A DNA stretch of 64,000 bases from an uncultured delta proteobacterium (lineage in GTDB: Bacteria > Myxococcota_A > Polyangia > Polyangiales > Polyangiaceae): NCBI GenBank assembly GCA_963841435.1, contig CAWJCS010000005.1, forward strand, positions 1,510,708-1,574,707, given 5' to 3'. The notes beneath the pieces were generated by a model. It ran no database searches and had not been told where the DNA came from. It worked only from the letters and a program-made list of their open reading frames with translations. The translations under genes were made by a program, and so were the position numbers. Shown here one piece after another: positions 1-8,192 of this stretch (its first letter is position 1; each line of letters begins with the position of its first letter).

Positions 1-267
1 CGCAATCGCATCGGTGCCGACGGCTTCGGCATCATCGCGGGCGGCTCCGGCGCGAAGTGGAAGGCGCGTCTGGCTCGCACGGTCGAGCACCGTGCGCCCA
101 TCTTCATCGGCTACGGCACCAAGGATCCGGCGCGCGCGGACCCTCGCGGCCTCGCGCGGCTCCTGCACAAGCTCGCCTGGCCACACCGGCTCGAAGCCAA
201 ACCCGTCGGCCACACGGTGACGAACGCGCTACTCGATGACGCGTTCGCGTACCTGACGAAGCGTTGA
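1..267 (+). CDS. alpha/beta-hydrolase-type esterase, C-terminal fragment (5' end outside window)
   Basis: Frame 1 is open from base 1 to TGA 265-267 with G/C-rich third positions. The translation ...HRAPIFIGYGTKDPARADPRGLARLLHKL...KPVGHTVTNALLDDAFAYL looks like the Asp/His-bearing C-terminus of a carboxylesterase/dienelactone-hydrolase-like enzyme. It is absent from the ORF track because it has no start in the window. Confidence 0.55.
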   Translation, partial: RNRIGADGFGIIAGGSGAKWKARLARTVEHRAPIFIGYGTKDPARADPRGLARLLHKLAWPHRLEAKPVGHTVTNALLDDAFAYLTKR

Positions 268-512
268 GCTCGGTGGGTCGCTGTACTTCGTCGGGCAAAT
301 GAAGGCACCGAGCGACTGTGCCGGCAGATGCTGGAAACGCCGGTGCGCTTGACGACGACGTTCTCCGGGGGGCCGGCAGGCCGGAGTCGGGCGGGCCAGG
401 GCGGGCCGGGCGGGCTCACCTACCTGCCCCCCGCCGCCGTGCATCGTTTGCACGCCCTCTGCGCGGGCCGCATGATCGCATGCTCCCAATGCACGAGGTG
501 CCGGCCCCATCC

Positions 513-1835
513 ATGACGCGTTCGCCCAACGGGTTCGTTCGACTGACGTGTTGCGTCGCGCTCCTTGCAGCGCTCGGGGGCTGCGGTGGAACGTCAACCA
601 GCGGGACCACGCTGGGACCGCCCGACGCCGTGCTGTGGGCGGAGGCGACCTCGGGTCCGGTCGAGCTCCGCGGCGTCTACCAGGGGCACACGGGGACGAT
701 CCCGTTCGGTTTCGCGAACGGTAGCTACGTGGTCTCTCCCGATCGCCGTCACGTCTTTCTGCGCAACGACGACGGTTCCTCCATCGTGGACGTTGACGGC
801 ACGGAGCACCCCTTGGAGCAGACGTACTGGCTCGCCTGGTCCCCAGACGGAAAGCGCCTCGCCATGGTGAATGACGGCTCGCCCGTGGTCGCGGACGACG
901 ACGGAACCAATCCCGTGGGTGTTCCCTTCGACGCCCAGGCCCCCACCACCGCGATCACGTGGTCTCCGAACGGAGCCACCGTCGCCTTCGGCATCGATCA
1001 AACCCTCGTGCTCTCGCCCGCGGACGGAACCACCGCCATCGTGGCCTCGACTGGCCCGCCGACGGCGCCCGAAAGCGACGTGCGCTGGACCCTCCAACCG
1101 AGCTTTTCTCCGGACGGGTCCACGCTCGCCGTGGTCTCGTCGGAGGGGACGCTGACCTTCGTGGACGCTGAGGGCACGGTCACTGCGTCGGTCCTCGGTG
1201 CCACGACTCCGACCTTCGGTTGGTCCGCCGACGGCGCATGGCTCGCCGTGAGGACGGCCAACGGCGCCTGCGTCGTCGCCAATCCTGACGGGCGGACGCT
1301 GGTCGTGCTTCCGGCGAACTGTGTCTCGGCGGCCTGGTCGCCCGTGGACGTCCGACTTGCCGTCAACGATTTCGGCGGCATGGGGCTCGGCACGTTGGGC
1401 GTCTGGTCCCCAGGTGACGACGCTCCAGTCGCGCTCGCGGACAATCCCGTAGAGTCAACGCACGCCTGGTCGCCGGATGGTTCGATCCTCTCTTTTGTGT
1501 CACGCGACGGTGGCGTCGTGCTCATCGACGCCAGCGACGGTACCGAGATCGCGCGGGCGACGGCACGAGAGCTCGCGTGGAACTCGACGGGGTCGCGGTT
1601 GTTCTTCGTGTCCGACCAGGACGAGGTCGTGACGGCAGATGGGCGCGGTGCCTCGCAGCTGTCCATTGCGGGCGACGCGCGCGGCGTCACGTGGTTACCG
1701 GATGGGGAGCATCTCGCCGTCGCTGCGTCGCGCGAGGTGTTCACGGTGGGGGCCAATGGGGAAGGCCGAGTGATGGTCTCGGAGATCCCCGCGGGAATCG
1801 CGGCGGTTGGCTGGGCCGAGCCGCAGTCGCCCTGA
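513..1835 (+). CDS. lipoprotein with about 8 PD40/TolB-like beta-propeller repeats
   Basis: Part of ORF 318..1835. The Met at 513 gives MTRSPNGFVRLTCCVALLAALGGCGG, a signal peptide plus lipobox. There are eight recurrences of the W-S-P-D-G type blade motif (WSPDGKRLA, WSPNGATVA, FSPDGSTLA, WSADGAWLA, WSPDGSILS, WLPDGEHLA and others). Alternative starts lie at 480 and 489. Confidence 0.8.
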   Translation: MTRSPNGFVRLTCCVALLAALGGCGGTSTSGTTLGPPDAVLWAEATSGPVELRGVYQGHTGTIPFGFANGSYVVSPDRRHVFLRNDDGSSIVDVDGTEHPLEQTYWLAWSPDGKRLAMVNDGSPVVADDDGTNPVGVPFDAQAPTTAITWSPNGATVAFGIDQTLVLSPADGTTAIVASTGPPTAPESDVRWTLQPSFSPDGSTLAVVSSEGTLTFVDAEGTVTASVLGATTPTFGWSADGAWLAVRTANGACVVANPDGRTLVVLPANCVSAAWSPVDVRLAVNDFGGMGLGTLGVWSPGDDAPVALADNPVESTHAWSPDGSILSFVSRDGGVVLIDASDGTEIARATARELAWNSTGSRLFFVSDQDEVVTADGRGASQLSIAGDARGVTWLPDGEHLAVAASREVFTVGANGEGRVMVSEIPAGIAAVGWAEPQSP

Positions 1836-1965
1836 TCGGCGCGCTCCCGTCGCTTCGAGCGGCGGCGTCCGCGCCGGCGCGGCCAGGCCCGGTGTTCCGG
1901 CCGCGAAGGGGCGCTCCGAATCGTCCCTACACTCGGTCATCACCCGCGAGTAAGCTCCCGCCCGA

Positions 1966-3648
1966 ATGTCCGACGCGGAGCCGCTTCCCGACGCGACCCG
2001 ACGCGAGCTCCTCGCCATGCTCGGCGCGGGAGCCGCCATCACGCTCGGCATCGGCGCTTGCTCCGGAAGCTGCCGGCGCGGTCGACGCGCAGGAGGCGAA
2101 GCGTCGAACGCCGCTCAGATCGCCGCCGTGCTTCCGGCGTACCACCCCATCAAGTTGCTCGAGCCGGAGGTCCCGGGAGAGGGTCCCATCCCCGATGGGT
2201 TCTTGAGTTACCCGAAGACGAAGTTCGCGCGCGTGATCAAAGAGAAGCCGGGGCTTCGTGGACCTCAGATCCGATCGATGACGCCGTGGTGGGGACCGGT
2301 CGCGCCGGGTCTGGGTCGTAACGCGTACCTTGCCGCGATCAACGCCGAGCTCGGCGTCGAGATGAACCCGATCATCCAGGACGGCAACACGTACGGCGAC
2401 AAGCTGAGCGCCGTGCTCGGCGCGCGGGACGTGCCAGATCTGCTCTGCGCGCCCTCGTGGGAAGTGGATAAAATCCCACGCTTCTCGCAGGCGGTGAAAG
2501 CATTGTTTGCGGATCTGACCGAGCATTTAAAAGGGGAGAACGTCAGCACCTACCCGATGCTCGCCACCCTCCCGACCGCCTCCTGGCAGCACTCGGTCTG
2601 GGGCGGGAGGCTCGCGGCGATCCCCTTCCCAACCGACGGACCTTTCCCGTGGGGGATGTTCTACCGCAAGGACCTCACCGACGCGGCCGGGCTCGAGCCG
2701 CCCGCGACGATCGACGAGCTCTATCGGTTCGGGAAGAAGGCGACCGACCCGAGCCGCGGCGTCTGGGCGTTCGGAGACACGTTCGAGATGATCCAGATGT
2801 ACTTCAAGTGCCCCGGTTCCAAGGGCGGCTGGGGGCGCAAGCCGGGCGGCGGGCTCGAGTTCAAGTACGAGACCAAGCAGTACCGCCAGGCGGTCGAGTT
2901 CACGGCACGGCTCTACAAGGAAGGGTTCGTGCACCCGGACATGGTCGCGTCGAGCGGCGCCGACGCGAAGCAGCTCTTCAAGTCGGGAAAGATCTTGATG
3001 CAACGCGACGGCATGGGTGCCTGGCGCGGCATGCAGAGCGAGCAAGTGAAGATCAAGCCGGACTTCGACATGCAGCCACTGCCGGTTTTTTCCGCGGTCG
3101 GCGGTGATCCGCTGGTCTGGGGCAGCAACAACCCCGTCTTCTTCACTTTCCTCAAGAAGGGCCTCGGTGAGAAGCGAACCCGGGAGCTCCTCCGCGTGTT
3201 GGACTGGTGCGCGGCGCCCTTCGGCAGCTTCGAGTACGAGCTCAACCTCTACGGCGTGGAGGGCCAGCACTTCACACGCGCTGCGGACAACAGCCCCATC
3301 CCCACGGAGCTCGGCCGAAAAGAGATTGTCAATCAGTTCGAGTTCATCAGTGGGCGCGCCCCCGTCCTGGTCGGAACGGACGACGTGCCGCACTTCGTCC
3401 GCGACCTCATCGCGTACTCGAAGGCGACCGCAAAATACATGGAGCGTGACCTCTTCGAGGGCATCAAGCTCGAGTTTCCGGCGAGCTACTCGTCCGTCAT
3501 CGTCAGCACCGAAGACAAGATCCGCGACGTGGTGCGCGGCCGCCGGCCACTCTCCGACCTCGACGAGATCGTGGAAGAGTGGCGCCGCACTGGTGGTGAC
3601 GATGGGCGGGCCTTCTTCGAGAAGGCCCTGAGCGACAACGGCCGATGA
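1966..3648 (+). CDS. ABC transporter extracellular solute-binding lipoprotein (large LplA/CUT1-type sugar or oligosaccharide binder)
   Basis: 560-aa ORF. The N-terminus TRRELLAMLGAGAAITLGIGACSG is Tat-like with a lipobox. Size and composition fit family-1 solute-binding proteins. Its stop overlaps the start of the following permease as ATGA at 3645-3648. Confidence 0.8.
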   Translation: MSDAEPLPDATRRELLAMLGAGAAITLGIGACSGSCRRGRRAGGEASNAAQIAAVLPAYHPIKLLEPEVPGEGPIPDGFLSYPKTKFARVIKEKPGLRGPQIRSMTPWWGPVAPGLGRNAYLAAINAELGVEMNPIIQDGNTYGDKLSAVLGARDVPDLLCAPSWEVDKIPRFSQAVKALFADLTEHLKGENVSTYPMLATLPTASWQHSVWGGRLAAIPFPTDGPFPWGMFYRKDLTDAAGLEPPATIDELYRFGKKATDPSRGVWAFGDTFEMIQMYFKCPGSKGGWGRKPGGGLEFKYETKQYRQAVEFTARLYKEGFVHPDMVASSGADAKQLFKSGKILMQRDGMGAWRGMQSEQVKIKPDFDMQPLPVFSAVGGDPLVWGSNNPVFFTFLKKGLGEKRTRELLRVLDWCAAPFGSFEYELNLYGVEGQHFTRAADNSPIPTELGRKEIVNQFEFISGRAPVLVGTDDVPHFVRDLIAYSKATAKYMERDLFEGIKLEFPASYSSVIVSTEDKIRDVVRGRRPLSDLDEIVEEWRRTGGDDGRAFFEKALSDNGR

Positions 3649-4631
3649 CCTCCGCCCAAGCCACCCTGAAAAGCCCGGGCGATGGCCGCACGCCGGCGGC
3701 GCGCAGCCGCCTAGCGGCGCGCTTCCGGCGTGATTGGCCGCTGCTCGCCATGACGGCGCCCGCGGCCCTTTTGCTCTTGATTTTCCACTACGTGCCGACG
3801 CTCGGCAACGTGATCGCGTTTCAGGACTACAACCCCTTCGAGGGCAAGGACGCGCTCGAGGCGTTCTTGAAGAGCGACTGGGTCGGCGTCGACAACTTCA
3901 TCACACTCTTCGAGCAGCCGGCGTTCTGGGACGCGGTCGTCAACACGCTCAGCATCACGCTGTTTCAGCTGGTGTTCTTCTTTCCGCTGCCGATCTTCCT
4001 CGCCATCCTGCTGCACGGCCTCGCATCTCAAAAGCTCCGGGGCTTCATCCAGAGCGTGGTGTACCTGCCGCACTTCTTCAGCTGGGTGCTCGTGATCACG
4101 TTCTTCGTGCAGATGCTGGGCGGCGCCGGGCTGCTCGCACAACAGATGCGGGGCGCAGGGCTCGAGCCCTGGGAGCTGATGAGCAAGCCCGATACGTTCA
4201 TCGTGCTCGTCACCGCAGAAGCGGTGTGGAAGGACGTGGGCTGGGGCTCGATCGTCTTTCTGGCAGCGCTCTCGGCGATCGATCCGACGCTGTACGAGGC
4301 CGCCGCTGCCGACGGCGCTGGGCGCTTTCGCAGGCTCTGGCACGTCACGCTGCCGGGTCTGAGACCGGTCATCGTGCTGCTTTTGATCCTGCGGCTGGGC
4401 GACGCGCTCAGCGTCGGCTTCGAGCAGTATCTTTTGCAGCGCGAGGCCGTCGGTCGGCAGGCGGCGGAAGTGCTCGACACCTATGTCTACTACCAAGCGA
4501 TCGTGCCACAGCAGTGGGGCCTCGGCGCGGCGGCGGGCCTGTTCAAAGCCGTCGTCGGGCTCGTCTTGATCCTCGGCGCGAATCGCCTGGCCCACGAGCT
4601 CGGCGAGCAAGGCGTGTACTCGAAGGCATGA
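3645..4631 (+). CDS. carbohydrate ABC transporter permease (LplB/MalF-like)
   Basis: 328-aa ORF with multiple hydrophobic helices. It carries the EAA-type loop region ...ALSAIDPTLYEAAAADGAGRFRRLWHVTLPGLRP typical of binding-protein-dependent permeases. Confidence 0.85.
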   Translation: MTSAQATLKSPGDGRTPAARSRLAARFRRDWPLLAMTAPAALLLLIFHYVPTLGNVIAFQDYNPFEGKDALEAFLKSDWVGVDNFITLFEQPAFWDAVVNTLSITLFQLVFFFPLPIFLAILLHGLASQKLRGFIQSVVYLPHFFSWVLVITFFVQMLGGAGLLAQQMRGAGLEPWELMSKPDTFIVLVTAEAVWKDVGWGSIVFLAALSAIDPTLYEAAAADGAGRFRRLWHVTLPGLRPVIVLLLILRLGDALSVGFEQYLLQREAVGRQAAEVLDTYVYYQAIVPQQWGLGAAAGLFKAVVGLVLILGANRLAHELGEQGVYSKA

Positions 4632-5554
4632 GCGATATCGCCGCCACCCCGCGCCGCGCCACGCGTCCAATCTGGGAAGAGAAGCCGTCCCCGGCACTCG
4701 TTTTCGGCAAGGGGGTGGCGCTCACGTTGGCCGTCCTGGCGGTGCTCTTTCCGATGTGGTCGATCCTGGTCACGAGCCTCGCTTCGCGAGAAACCATCGA
4801 TGCGGTCGGCGGCATGGTGGTCGTGCCCCGCGAGCTCGATCCCTCCGCCTACTTCACGGTTTTCTCCGGCGGGCAGGTGACGCGCGCCGTGGCCGTGAGC
4901 TTGATCGTCACGCTCGTCGGGACGGCGCTGAGCCTGACCTTGACCGTGCTCGCCGCCTACGGGCTGTCGCGCCCGGGCTCGCTGTTCCATCGCCCGCTGC
5001 TCTTCTATTTCCTGCTCACGTTCCTCGTCTATCCGGGACTCGTGCCAAGCTACCTGGTCGTCACCGGCCTCGGCCTCAAGAACAACCTCCTCGCGCTGGT
5101 CCTGCCAACGGCCGTCAGCGTTTTCAACCTGGTCGTGATCCGCTCCTTCTTCATGGGCATCCCGTCGGAGCTCTTCGACAGCGCGCGCATCGACGGCGCC
5201 ACGGAGTGGAGCATCCTGTTTCGCATCGCGCTCCCGCTCTCCAAAGCGGTGATTGCGGTGGTCGGGCTGTTCTACGCGGTCGGCTACTGGAACGTCTATT
5301 TCAACGCCGTCCTCTACATCGACGACGGCGATCTCTGGCCGATCCAGCGCGTGCTGCAAAGCTACATCCTCGCGGGTCAGTCACCGGCCGTGACGGGTGC
5401 GGCCGTCAGCCTGCCGGGCATCACCGCCTACCCGCCGACGCTCGCCGTGAAGATGGCGGTCGTCGTGGTGACGATCGTTCCCGCGCTCATCATCTACCCC
5501 TTCGTGCAGCGTAACTTCACGAAAGGCGTGATCGTGGGCGCGGTCAAAGGCTGA
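4628..5554 (+). CDS. carbohydrate ABC transporter permease (LplC/MalG-like)
   Basis: Met 299 of ORF 3734..5554; the 5' part of that ORF is Arg-rich shadow sequence. It starts MSDIAATPRR and has ATGA overlap with the upstream permease. The EAA loop reads FFMGIPSELFDSARIDGATEWSILFRIALPLSKA. Confidence 0.85.
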   Translation: MSDIAATPRRATRPIWEEKPSPALVFGKGVALTLAVLAVLFPMWSILVTSLASRETIDAVGGMVVVPRELDPSAYFTVFSGGQVTRAVAVSLIVTLVGTALSLTLTVLAAYGLSRPGSLFHRPLLFYFLLTFLVYPGLVPSYLVVTGLGLKNNLLALVLPTAVSVFNLVVIRSFFMGIPSELFDSARIDGATEWSILFRIALPLSKAVIAVVGLFYAVGYWNVYFNAVLYIDDGDLWPIQRVLQSYILAGQSPAVTGAAVSLPGITAYPPTLAVKMAVVVVTIVPALIIYPFVQRNFTKGVIVGAVKG

Positions 5555-5627
5555 GCGCGCGCGCGCTCGGCGGCTTGCGCTCGAGCCGAAGCCAACACTA
5601 GGCTCGCGACCCTTGGAGCACGAGTCG

Positions 5628-6494
5628 ATGAAGCTGCGAGCAAGCGGCTTCGAGCTGCACGCCGACGTGTGGGAGGGCGGTCCGGCCGACCCCGTGCTGC
5701 TCCTGCACGGTCTCGGGGGCAATTCCGTCACCTGGCACGGCGTTGCGCCGATCCTGGCTCGCGACCTGGGCGCACGCGTGCTCGCCGTCAACCTGCCGGG
5801 GTTCGGCAGCTCGCATCCGCAGGGCAAACCGCTCGGGTACTCCGTACTGTTCGACGTGGTCGCGGATTTGCTCCGTCACCAGGCCCCGAGCGGCGCGTCC
5901 TTCCACGTCGCCGGCAACTCGCTCGGTGGGCTGCTCGCTCTCAACGCCGCCGCCGTTCTCCCCGAGCGGGTGTCGAAGGTCACGCTGGCCGCCGTGTCGT
6001 TGCCGCTCGCGTGGGGTCGGAGCCTCGGGGAGCTCGTCGCGCTCGAATCGTACCTGCCGACGGCGCTGCCGTGGCTCGGCCGCCGGCTCGTGGCGCGTTA
6101 CATGCGCTCGCTCGGCCTGCCCGGCGTCGTCGACGAGCCCGTGCGGTGGCTGTTCGGCGACGCGGCACGGCTCGACCCCGAGCTGAGGCACCGCATGCTC
6201 GAAGTCTCGCGCTATCGGCTGACCTGGGTCGAGGAGGCGGCTCGCGCCCTCGAAGAAACGACGCGCGGCCTCGGCGTTGCGCTCCTCAAACCCGATCGGG
6301 CGGCCCGCTGGATCCGCGACGTCGCGTGCCCGGTGCGAGCCATCCATGGCACGCGCGATCCGATCTACCCGTCAGGCGCCTGGCGTTACCTCGAGCGCGT
6401 GCGGCCCGATTGGCAGCACATCGGAATGCCGGATATCGGTCACGTGCCCCAGCTCGAAGCGCCGACCGCGTTCGCGCGCCACATGCTCGCCTAG
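5628..6494 (+). CDS. alpha/beta hydrolase fold protein
   Basis: ORF 5613..6494, with an ATG at 5628. Motifs seen are LLLHGLGGNS (oxyanion region), the HVAGNSLGG nucleophile elbow (GxSxG), and a C-terminal IHGTRDP...GHVPQLE Asp/His region. Confidence 0.8.
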   Translation: MKLRASGFELHADVWEGGPADPVLLLHGLGGNSVTWHGVAPILARDLGARVLAVNLPGFGSSHPQGKPLGYSVLFDVVADLLRHQAPSGASFHVAGNSLGGLLALNAAAVLPERVSKVTLAAVSLPLAWGRSLGELVALESYLPTALPWLGRRLVARYMRSLGLPGVVDEPVRWLFGDAARLDPELRHRMLEVSRYRLTWVEEAARALEETTRGLGVALLKPDRAARWIRDVACPVRAIHGTRDPIYPSGAWRYLERVRPDWQHIGMPDIGHVPQLEAPTAFARHMLA

Positions 6495-6547
6495 TCGGCC
6501 GGGGCGAACCGGCACGGTAGACGCGATGGCGGCTGGCCGACGGGCGC

Positions 6548-7879
6548 TCACTTCGCGGGCGCGGGTCCACAGCGGGCTTTCATGCGCTCGGGTGTGAACA
6601 GGCTAGCCACGGAGCGGGGCAGGCGTTGCACGCTCGAGACGAGCCCCGCGTCGCCTCCGCCGACGCGATTGATGAACTCCCAGACGACCTCACCCGCGGG
6701 GTCAACCTCGAATGCCCGCCCCCCGAACGCCTCCGTGATCAGCAAGTTGCCGTTGTCGAGCCACTGATGCTTGCCCATCTTCGACGTGAAAAACGGGTGC
6801 TCGCGAGACCCGCGGAAAACGACGTGCTCGTTGCCGTCGGGCGCAGAGACTTCGACGATCTCGCTGGCTTGTCGCTGCTTGGGGCCGCCGTGGTTGTTGT
6901 TGACGAACACCGAGATGGTGTTGCCGTCCACGAAATCGGGATCGTGCTGCGCCACCAGCCGGCCGATCGACTCGAACTTCACCTTGAGCGTCTTGGCGTC
7001 CAGCACCATCACCGTGTGGACGTCCCTGAAGGAGACCATGATGTCGCCCCGCTGAAAGAAGCCGGGGGTCATCTTGCCCGAGAAGACCTCGACGTCGTTC
7101 AGGTGCAGCGAAGTCCCCCCCATCTTCGGATCGGGAACGTAAGGCGCCCGCATCAAGAGCAGGCCGTAATATCCCTGGTCCCAGAGCTCCTTGAGCAAGG
7201 AGATCTCGCGCAACACTCGGCCGTCCTGCGACACGTGGAGGACCATCTGCTCGGGGAACGGCGGGTTATAGCCGGGCAGCCACGGCAGCCGGTCGAGGTG
7301 CCACTTCTTGCCGGGGATCCAGAGCGTACCGTCGTCGTCAACGTAGATCGAATGGTGCGTGAGGTAGGGCAAGCGCCAAACGGCGTGATCGCACGGGTCC
7401 AAGCGCACCAGACCCAGTCCCTCGTAGTTGTAAATGAGGTCGCCATTTTCCGCGAGGAACGCGCCGTGGATGAGCGTGCCGGGCTCGGTCTGTGGGCGGG
7501 CGCCCTCGGGAATGTGCTTGGCGTCGGGCCAGATTTTGAACCAGTCCGGCTTCCACTCGTGGATGACGCGCTGATCCATGTCCATCAGGCGCACGGACAG
7601 CTGGTTGTCGGCAACGACGCCGGCAACCAGGTTCACGCCGTCCTGCGTCCGCTTCCGCGCGTCCGCGGCGAGCGGTGTCGGCTTCGGCGCGGGGAAGTAG
7701 TGGACGGGCTTGCGCATCAGCGTGATGAGGGTCTGGCGCCCGGCCTCGAGCAGTGGATACGGAAACCAGTGGCGGACGGACGAGACGTAGCCGTACCCGA
7801 CCGACACGACGACGAGGCCGACCATGAACGCCGCTCGCGACAGACCCTCCGCGCTGACGCGCTTGAGAAAATGCTGCAC
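6548..7879 (-). CDS. membrane-anchored arylsulfotransferase (ASST)-family-like protein
   Basis: 443-aa ORF with an N-terminal TM segment (AAFMVGLVVVSVGYGYV). The beta-propeller-like body has LHLNDVEVF...VSFRDVHTVMVLD...QHDPDFVDGNTISVFVNN...WLDNGNLLITEA...FEVDPAGEVVWEF, an order I associate with the ASST family. The family call is by eye. Confidence 0.6.
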   Translation of the reverse strand: MQHFLKRVSAEGLSRAAFMVGLVVVSVGYGYVSSVRHWFPYPLLEAGRQTLITLMRKPVHYFPAPKPTPLAADARKRTQDGVNLVAGVVADNQLSVRLMDMDQRVIHEWKPDWFKIWPDAKHIPEGARPQTEPGTLIHGAFLAENGDLIYNYEGLGLVRLDPCDHAVWRLPYLTHHSIYVDDDGTLWIPGKKWHLDRLPWLPGYNPPFPEQMVLHVSQDGRVLREISLLKELWDQGYYGLLLMRAPYVPDPKMGGTSLHLNDVEVFSGKMTPGFFQRGDIMVSFRDVHTVMVLDAKTLKVKFESIGRLVAQHDPDFVDGNTISVFVNNNHGGPKQRQASEIVEVSAPDGNEHVVFRGSREHPFFTSKMGKHQWLDNGNLLITEAFGGRAFEVDPAGEVVWEFINRVGGGDAGLVSSVQRLPRSVASLFTPERMKARCGPAPAK

Positions 7880-8192
7880 GATACTGCCTCAGCACGGCCG
7901 AGGCGCGGAGCCAAGCCCCGAGGTATAGCGGAGTTGCGCGTTAACTCAGCAGCACCGGCCGGCGAGCTGGAACGGCTGCCCAGCTCGTGGCGCAAACCGC
8001 CCCCCCGGGTACCCGCTTGGCACGCGCTTCCTGCGCCTGTTCGAAAGAATCGCGCGGGCGCCCTGCGTGCCCGAGCCCGAGCTCGTCGTGGCTCTCGACG
8101 CGCGGCGCGAGCTGTCGCACTTCAGCGGATCGGCGCTCGGCGCGCGCTCGGCAAAACCACGACCATGACCTCAGGCGACGCGCGCCGCCGGC

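Noticed and set aside
2068-2106. A patch right after the solute-binding-protein lipobox (CSGSCRRGRRAGGEAS) that has poorer third-position GC than an alternative frame (EAAGAVDAQEAK), hinting at a compensated double frameshift.
   Set aside because: The stretch is too short (about 12 codons) to distinguish from noise, and the annotated frame stays open and functional. It cannot be supported without ortholog alignment.
8018-8034. A sigma-54-like TGGCAC...CTGC motif in the 7880-8192 intergenic region.
   Set aside because: The GG-to-GC spacing is two bases too long for the -24/-12 consensus. The motif is also on the plus strand, while both flanking genes are on the minus strand.
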